Virus record (IMG/VR): IMGVR_UViG_3300037692_000137
Coordinates: 64,001 to 128,000 of that record
Length of the DNA: 64,000 nucleotides
Direction: 5' to 3' (one strand)
From: a virus
Lineage: Duplodnaviria; Caudoviricetes
Shown here piece by piece: positions 58,901-64,000 of this stretch (its first letter is position 1; the number at the start of each line of letters is the position of its first letter). Position numbers and translations under genes: made by a program. The notes under the pieces are model-generated. The model saw only the letters and a program-made list of their open reading frames with translations, was not told the origin of the DNA and did no database searches.

Positions 58901-61900
58901 GTTAGTATCTTTTAAAGCCAACAAGTAGTCTACTTTAGGTTCAGCCATGGAGTATGCTTTTGTGCCAGCCGCAGCAAGCATTGGGGAGGCTGTTAAAAGT
59001 GGTCCAATAGTAGGCCCAGTAAAATAGCTAGCTATTGCGGAAAGTGCCTCAGCGTTAGATATAACAGCCGCAGCACCGGCAACCCCTGTTAAACCTATAG
59101 CCGTGTCTGCTGCAACGTTACCTGTATATTCACCAGTTGGTTTATTTCTTGCATTTCGACGTTCTTGTTCACTAATAAACATAGCTTGTCCGGCAGCAAA
59201 CTGGGCTATCCTAGCTTTTATTATTGGGTCATTAACCTCGAATCCTTGTTGCTCGGCCATTTTTGTGCCAATAAAAGTAGCTTTTTCTTTAGTTGCTTCT
59301 TTCTGTGCTGTCACTGGGGAAACAACGTTAATATCTTTAAGAACTGCTCCGGCTGCTTTACTAGCCAAATTAACAAGGGTGTTACCCAAAGCCTTATTAA
59401 ATTCTACAATTATTGGTACTGTTTTACCTAGTTCTGTATATAAGTCACCGGTGGGCACTGAAAGAGTAGCTAAGGCCTTATCAGCTGCCAACATACCCGC
59501 CATAGAATTTTGTTCCACCTCCTGCAGATACTTTTGTACGGGTGATTTAAGGCTCGGTGTTTCTATAGTTGGGATTATTTTATCTGTTTCTCCAGAAGTT
59601 TTAAATAACTGTTTTAATTCTTCCACAGGAACACCCATTTTTTCAGCTAATTTTTCTAGTATTTTTTGTATATTAACCAACTCTTTTACTACTGGGTCGG
59701 AAGTGATTAACGATTTTTCAAGATCGTGCTGTATTCTTGCAAAACCCTCTTTAACTTCTGGTGTTACTGCTACTGCTCTAGTACTTTCTGCCATACCACC
59801 AAATTGAGACATGTACCTTTGGTACTCTATAGTACCTTCACCGTACTGGGCTTTGGCTTTATCTTTAAGTTCTCCAATAGTAGTTTCTGATTTTATGAAG
59901 GCTGCCTGAGAATTTTTAAGCTCCTCTAGTTGTTTTAAAGAATTAGCGTAGTAAGTCTTTGTACCATCATCCTCGTTACCAAAAGATATCTTTTCAATTA
60001 ACGTATCTTCCATAGAGTTTATAGCGGAAACCATGGTGTCCAAACCTTGAAATTGTTTAACAAGGTCTTGTTCTTCTCTTACTCTTGTCTTTTCTTGTGG
60101 CATATAAGTTATTTGATCAATAACTTTCTGAAGATCATTACCTTTAAGATTACTAGAAAATAACTGAGTGTATAAGTCAGCCGTTCTTATTTCAAACTCA
60201 TCGGCGAACTTACCTAAGAATACCCCTCCATCCATTAAAGCACCCATTTGCTGAGTTGGTGTAACCATTCTTTTAGCAAAAGGGCCGCTGGCGCCAACCA
60301 AAGAGTCCATAGCTAACTTAAGATTTCTAGTACCTTCTAAACCCGCACTAAACCCCTGCACACTTAATGATTTAAAGCTTTCATTAAACGCCCTCAAACT
60401 TTTGCCTGTATCAAATAAGGTCTGTGTAATACTTCCTAAAGCTGCCATGCTGTCTTTAAGTGTTCCAAAGTCCTCTGTTAAAACAGATATCTCGTCACTT
60501 AATTTTAGTATCTCTTCTTTATATTCTTTAGTTTGAACAGTCTCTTTATCGCCGGCGTCTAATAGTTTCAGTCTGACATCTGCTATTAATTGCTCTCTAT
60601 CAGCTATTTTTTTGCCTACACTTTCTGTTAATGCCTGGGTAGACTTTAGTTGATCTATTGCATTCTTTGTTGGACCTTGCGCTGATTTAAAGAAGTACTC
60701 TTGATCACTTAATTCGGCATCTTTACGTTTAAATTGTAGATCACCTCTAAAACCAGATAATTCAGGATTCATGGCAGCAGTCATTGATGTTTTAGATTGA
60801 GAAATTGATCTAGTGATGCTAGAAAAATCTTCAACTAATTCGGTACTGGCCCGTTCAGACCTAGCCTTCTTAAAGGCCCCTTCAATTATTACAGGATCTA
60901 GATCTATTTTTATATTTTTTATCTTAGAGACTTGTCCTTTTATAGAGCGCTCATACTCATCTATTAAGACGTCCACATTTTTAAGACGTTTCTTTTCTTT
61001 ACCACTTAAACCCACCGTTTTATCTAGAGCCTCTAACTCCTGTTTTTCTACATATAATTCAGTAAGTTTAGATTGCATAAGGTCTGTTTTACTCTGTGCT
61101 TTTTCCAACTCTTTAAAAGAAGTTTCTACTTTTTGGTATTTATTTGTTGTAAATATTTTGCCAATATCCAAACCTTTTGTTGCCCCAGGTGCTGTTTCTG
61201 GTTTAACCATAAAAGAAAATAACGACTTAATTAACGCAAAAGGAGAAGACAGCTTTTTAAGATCTAATAAACCCTTAGACGGATCTTGTATAGAACCTAA
61301 AGTATCTACTAGTGTACCGATAGATTCAAAATTTATGTCTTTAGCAAATAGGTCTAAATCTGTGAATATTCTTCCTAGATTAGTAAAAAAGTTTTTTCCT
61401 CCTTCAGAAAATGTTTTAGCTCTAGATATAAGCTCTGTGTCTTGGAATACAAGGTATTGTTCTGTAGACATGTCACGTGTACTTCTAACACCTAAGTCAA
61501 CCTGTGGTGGGTTATATTTGCCTGATAATAAGCCACCTGGTTGTGGTGTAGCAAAGTTACTAGACCAGAAGGAAGGTCTAAGAAAACTTTTTACGCCGTA
61601 TGCCATTGTACCAGATACTAATTCACTAAACCTATTTTTTGCATTTGCTGTTATCTCTACATTAGCTATAGCAGTTGCCATGTCATCTAATTCTTTTTTC
61701 AGTTCCTCAGACATCTCAAGCTTAAGCATCTGTTCTTGCATAGCAGACACTTGCTTATTTATGATTTGGGTCTGTTGCTTATAGGTCTCTCTCATGTCCT
61801 TTACAGCTTGTTCTACTTTTTTCTTCTCGGCGTCAACATCTAATACTTTAGATTTCACCTCTGTCCCTTGAAGTACCTCGACAGCTGTTTTGCTTTTAAT

Positions 61901-64000
61901 ATTCTGTTCATTAAGTGCATCAAATATTTTTTGAGCAGATGTTGTATTTTTTTGTATCAACTTTGATATTAAAGCAGATTCTGCCGCTGACTTTTTAGAC
62001 GCAGTGGCTATCTCTGTAAGTTTTTCATTGCTTTCTGCTAAGTAGCCTGCCATAGTAGCAGCAGCTGTTGTAGCTAGTATCTGTGCTGGCCTATTAATGT
62101 CGGGGCCTGTTATTGGGCCACCAACAGCGCCTCCCGATGCAAATGCAGGTAGTTTACCATGTTCGTTCATATAGTCTAACTTACTTTGGCCTAAATACTT
62201 GGCAGCATCAGCATTGATTATGTATTCGCCATTACTTACCTTAGCTAATATGTCATCTGATGTACCAGTGCCTTCACCGGTTATTAAACCACCGGCAGCC
62301 ATTTTCATGGTTGTGCCCGCCCCAAATACTCGGCCGCCGTCTGAAAAACCATACTGGGACTTATTTTTCTCATAGTCGGCGTAAAATGTTTTTTCAGCCC
62401 GTTTAAGCTTTATGGCCTGTAACAAAGAGGGTGCCTCGCCAGTATTTGCCACACCTGTTGCTACATCTTTTAATATTTTACCATAATTCTTGGTAGCTTC
62501 AGAAAGGTCTGTTCCTAGTAGTTTGCTAAAGGTTAGTATCGCAGCATAAGTAGCTACAGTACCTGCACCTAATTTCTTTATAGTGTCATCAGCAAAACCT
62601 AAACTTTTAGCAAACTCCATGATGGCTGTTTTTGAAGCAGTCATTGTAGAAACAGCCCCATATAAAGTAGCTTTAGTTGTAGTGTCCTCTTTAGAGGCTG
62701 TAAGTGTTTTCTCTTGTGTTTTTAAATCATCTATTAATCCTTTATTTTGATTAACTTCAGGCTTAGCTTCTTCAGCTGCCAGTTGTGCTTTTAATATCTG
62801 AAGCTGCTCATCTAATTTTTTAACTGTTGCATTTTCTCCAGCTTTTTGAAAAGCAGCGGCAACACTTGCCGCAGCAGTAGCCTTCATTACAGTTTTATCG
62901 TCTATCAATTGTGGTTTTTGATTAGCCGTTTGTAACTTATTTATGGACTCTACATCTGCGATAAATGATGGTTTATTTGGCACAGTTTTTAAACCAAACC
63001 ACTTGCTCTCTTCTGGTATAACATCTTTTATTTGCGTTACAAAATCATTGAAATCAAGGCCAGAAAACATACGCTGTGAAGCTTCTGTTGCTGTGTAGTT
63101 TTTGGCGCCGAATACATTCTGCCCACCTATCTCTTTAAGAGTTCTATCAACACCTAATTGAGATGTTAAATTTTTAGTCATAACATCAAGTACTTTATTA
63201 GCCGCTATAACCATATCTGGATTACCAGCTGAGGAAGCCCTATCACGCATTTCAGCAACACGCTCTAACCCAGTTAACAAGTCTTGTGGTGAACTAGCCG
63301 ACATGTATTTTTCAAGTTGTTTATCTAAATCACCTGGGCTACCTAAAGCCATTAGAATATCTTCAAGCTTAGTAACGGTATCAGCGGTATTAGTAGCTAC
63401 TCTAGAGGTCTCAATTTTTAATTCTGCGTAACCTGTGTCACCTGTTCTAGCTACAGTCTCTGTAAAGTTTTGCATTTCATCTTTAGTTAAAACAGATCCA
63501 AACCCTTTTGACACTGCGGCTATACTGTCCAAGGCCACAAGAGCTTTATCTGAAGAGTAGATACCCTCCGCAGCGCCCTGCTTTCTTATGTCTAGTTCTT
63601 TTAATTGTGCGGCCAAATTTCTGTAGTCTTCAGATCCAATTAAAGTACGTTGTTGTACAGTTAGATCTTTATACTTAGCGCCGCCTGTATCAAAAGTGTC
63701 TAGACCCTCAGAAATACCTTTTAAATAGCCCGCAGTACCTTTGAATACTTCTTGACGGCTACGTTCAACAGATATATTTTCTTCTACTACCCTTTTACCG
63801 GCTTCGAATGTTTTAGTTAAATCCGCCAATACAGCCCTGTATTGCATTACCACTTGATTATTTTTTAATATAGTAGTAAGGTTTTCTAGTTCTTTATACA
63901 GGTCGTTGGCTATGGTAACGCTACTATCATCTAATCCCTCTATTTTTAATTTATCTAAGTCTTCCATATAACTTCTAAACTTAGTCATGGGCTTAGCGTA
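55994..64000 (-). CDS. Tape-measure-like protein, 5'-truncated by the window edge (>2664 aa)
   Basis: Very long helical A/K/E/L-rich ORF; the frame stays open upstream of the ATG at 63988 to base 64000; contains the AxGGxIxGxGxxxxDxxxAxxSxGEY motif common in tape measures; precedes the hub genes. Confidence 0.8.
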   Translation of the reverse strand, partial: YAKPMTKFRSYMEDLDKLKIEGLDDSSVTIANDLYKELENLTTILKNNQVVMQYRAVLADLTKTFEAGKRVVEENISVERSRQEVFKGTAGYLKGISEGLDTFDTGGAKYKDLTVQQRTLIGSEDYRNLAAQLKELDIRKQGAAEGIYSSDKALVALDSIAAVSKGFGSVLTKDEMQNFTETVARTGDTGYAELKIETSRVATNTADTVTKLEDILMALGSPGDLDKQLEKYMSASSPQDLLTGLERVAEMRDRASSAGNPDMVIAANKVLDVMTKNLTSQLGVDRTLKEIGGQNVFGAKNYTATEASQRMFSGLDFNDFVTQIKDVIPEESKWFGLKTVPNKPSFIADVESINKLQTANQKPQLIDDKTVMKATAAASVAAAFQKAGENATVKKLDEQLQILKAQLAAEEAKPEVNQNKGLIDDLKTQEKTLTASKEDTTTKATLYGAVSTMTASKTAIMEFAKSLGFADDTIKKLGAGTVATYAAILTFSKLLGTDLSEATKNYGKILKDVATGVANTGEAPSLLQAIKLKRAEKTFYADYEKNKSQYGFSDGGRVFGAGTTMKMAAGGLITGEGTGTSDDILAKVSNGEYIINADAAKYLGQSKLDYMNEHGKLPAFASGGAVGGPITGPDINRPAQILATTAAATMAGYLAESNEKLTEIATASKKSAAESALISKLIQKNTTSAQKIFDALNEQNIKSKTAVEVLQGTEVKSKVLDVDAEKKKVEQAVKDMRETYKQQTQIINKQVSAMQEQMLKLEMSEELKKELDDMATAIANVEITANAKNRFSELVSGTMAYGVKSFLRPSFWSSNFATPQPGGLLSGKYNPPQVDLGVRSTRDMSTEQYLVFQDTELISRAKTFSEGGKNFFTNLGRIFTDLDLFAKDINFESIGTLVDTLGSIQDPSKGLLDLKKLSSPFALIKSLFSFMVKPETAPGATKGLDIGKIFTTNKYQKVETSFKELEKAQSKTDLMQSKLTELYVEKQELEALDKTVGLSGKEKKRLKNVDVLIDEYERSIKGQVSKIKNIKIDLDPVIIEGAFKKARSERASTELVEDFSSITRSISQSKTSMTAAMNPELSGFRGDLQFKRKDAELSDQEYFFKSAQGPTKNAIDQLKSTQALTESVGKKIADREQLIADVRLKLLDAGDKETVQTKEYKEEILKLSDEISVLTEDFGTLKDSMAALGSITQTLFDTGKSLRAFNESFKSLSVQGFSAGLEGTRNLKLAMDSLVGASGPFAKRMVTPTQQMGALMDGGVFLGKFADEFEIRTADLYTQLFSSNLKGNDLQKVIDQITYMPQEKTRVREEQDLVKQFQGLDTMVSAINSMEDTLIEKISFGNEDDGTKTYYANSLKQLEELKNSQAAFIKSETTIGELKDKAKAQYGEGTIEYQRYMSQFGGMAESTRAVAVTPEVKEGFARIQHDLEKSLITSDPVVKELVNIQKILEKLAEKMGVPVEELKQLFKTSGETDKIIPTIETPSLKSPVQKYLQEVEQNSMAGMLAADKALATLSVPTGDLYTELGKTVPIIVEFNKALGNTLVNLASKAAGAVLKDINVVSPVTAQKEATKEKATFIGTKMAEQQGFEVNDPIIKARIAQFAAGQAMFISEQERRNARNKPTGEYTGNVAADTAIGLTGVAGAAAVISNAEALSAIASYFTGPTIGPLLTASPMLAAAGTKAYSMAEPKVDYLLALKDTNDLLTKAEKESAASGNVFEKPSLNLPDLENLHLGDDKYFDAQIKALYNNTTQLQELNKALGENPAESVPTTTIGKAAGGHITGPGGPREDKVPAMLSPGEYVIRAHAAQKLGYDTLDHMNKKGTIPVLAEGGSITASLRKGFYSWLTDVPKPRTEDEKPLDIKRHELRKAIEQDPDKKDLSRFADGGIASDARKAFYSWLTSVPKEDEGKTQLDARRRAFKEAAGKDPDKKDLSRFADGGIASEARKVFYSWLTSVPEEAKGKTQLDARRRAMKEAAGKDPDKEDLARFADGGSVVDRLRAAMYSVITDDTKAKKEDKKKFDDQADVFSAPGAQDAIYMHKKQLEAAMKETGMADGGDVPKYRMLSGEKTLTKFNPVTGEWEPWERYVPPEKVTSFSPSDTQGILTLAKARASVLNEEEQLRKGTQTKALLGNTTSRVSPEEQQLMAQMVERKTAFGDSYGAGRVGAAEEYFTATRDIKENVRRLAVKDIGTEEQTNTMTFTPNYLDKGAKMSSMTAAVGPAYTEVEQLRNYLEDPTIMRNALSHGTDKKSGKANPGYLPEEYVWQARQSLNRFDDLVASGSTLQDSPALRSLRQVLAGAGERVALTSTIGRGIELDAAGQLNSMLPMAGADISATDMGKFWNYVSNVVSKQSVPKELAGLLTENEFRALAAKGISEGNPTRIKTMIDDYFKARSLDKTSNLLSDTFKDNKKSEGGRFMPIMHDGGVTRSTGPHYLEKGEVVLPRRFADGGLVNNELTTNTITNAQQKSVVLTWDESKKLQVEDRVLRVEDKELKLADIAPLKVEDKVFDVKLDDNGITDKLTSVISSIPDKISLDSSNVKLDTSNLEAMFKNLADSINNTKSVGADSTVLDTALESIAFVKEQTDEQIHIIDSKITNLQESFGKDVQAEINVRIAEVKKDILNNNSKLIDSYINRQRTDISKLKFELTSIDGQLKRLMTLVYANRNIG
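58026..58520 (-). repeat. Three tandem in-frame repeats (159, 159, 165 nt) inside the tape measure
   Basis: CCACCATCAGCAAAACG starts at 58026, 58185 and 58344, with a degenerate unit boundary at 58509; unit FADGGIASxARKxFYSWLTSVP...LDARRRA...KDPDKxDLxR (53 aa). Confidence 0.9.

Noticed and set aside
63986-63988. ATG at 63988 as the true tape-measure start
   Set aside because: The frame is open to the window edge (TAC GCT AAG CCC) with no RBS, so the gene most likely starts outside the window
1-64000. Stop-codon reassignment (alternative genetic code) as seen in some large phages
   Set aside because: Very long ORFs are intact under the standard code, coding density is high, and TAA, TAG and TGA all end genes at sensible junctions
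1-64000. tRNA or rRNA genes
   Set aside because: Intergenic gaps are short and none shows a cloverleaf with T-loop and D-loop consensus

Overview
This 64 kb, AT-rich window is part of a large (jumbo-type) tailed bacteriophage genome. Every credible gene lies on the minus strand and uses the standard bacterial code. In transcription order (high to low coordinates) there are three parts. (1) A virion module of about 45 kb (64000-18801). It starts with a window-truncated tape-measure-like protein (>2660 aa), followed by hub/tube-like proteins, three paralogous Ig/lectin appendage proteins, and giant 1792, 2268 and 1042 aa adhesin-like proteins, with two embedded zinc-repeat homing endonucleases (one frameshifted). 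(2) Two tandem near-consensus sigma70 promoters (18677-18771) heading a bacterial-type replication/recombination operon: dnaN, recA, Vsr-like nuclease, UvsY-like protein, dnaB, dnaG, ssb, a shortened dnaJ, ruvC-like resolvase and a Cas4/RecB-like exonuclease. (3) A glycan-tailoring cluster with thyX embedded: two GT-B glycosyltransferases, a GT-A-like enzyme, a GT-D enzyme, a sulfotransferase and two methyltransferases. The main hidden feature is a complete 264-nt ORF-less group I intron (7791-8054). It splits the first glycosyltransferase in its N-terminal D-T-P-T-C|A-T-G-F-G loop, and a free-standing HNH endonuclease ends about 58 nt upstream of the splice site, a candidate collaborative-homing pair in an unusual host gene. 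Other notable signals are a predicted RBS-sequestering pseudoknot leader before the Hef-like endonuclease and nested lectin-domain insertions in the paralogous appendage genes. All functional calls come from motif recognition by eye; no database searches were run.
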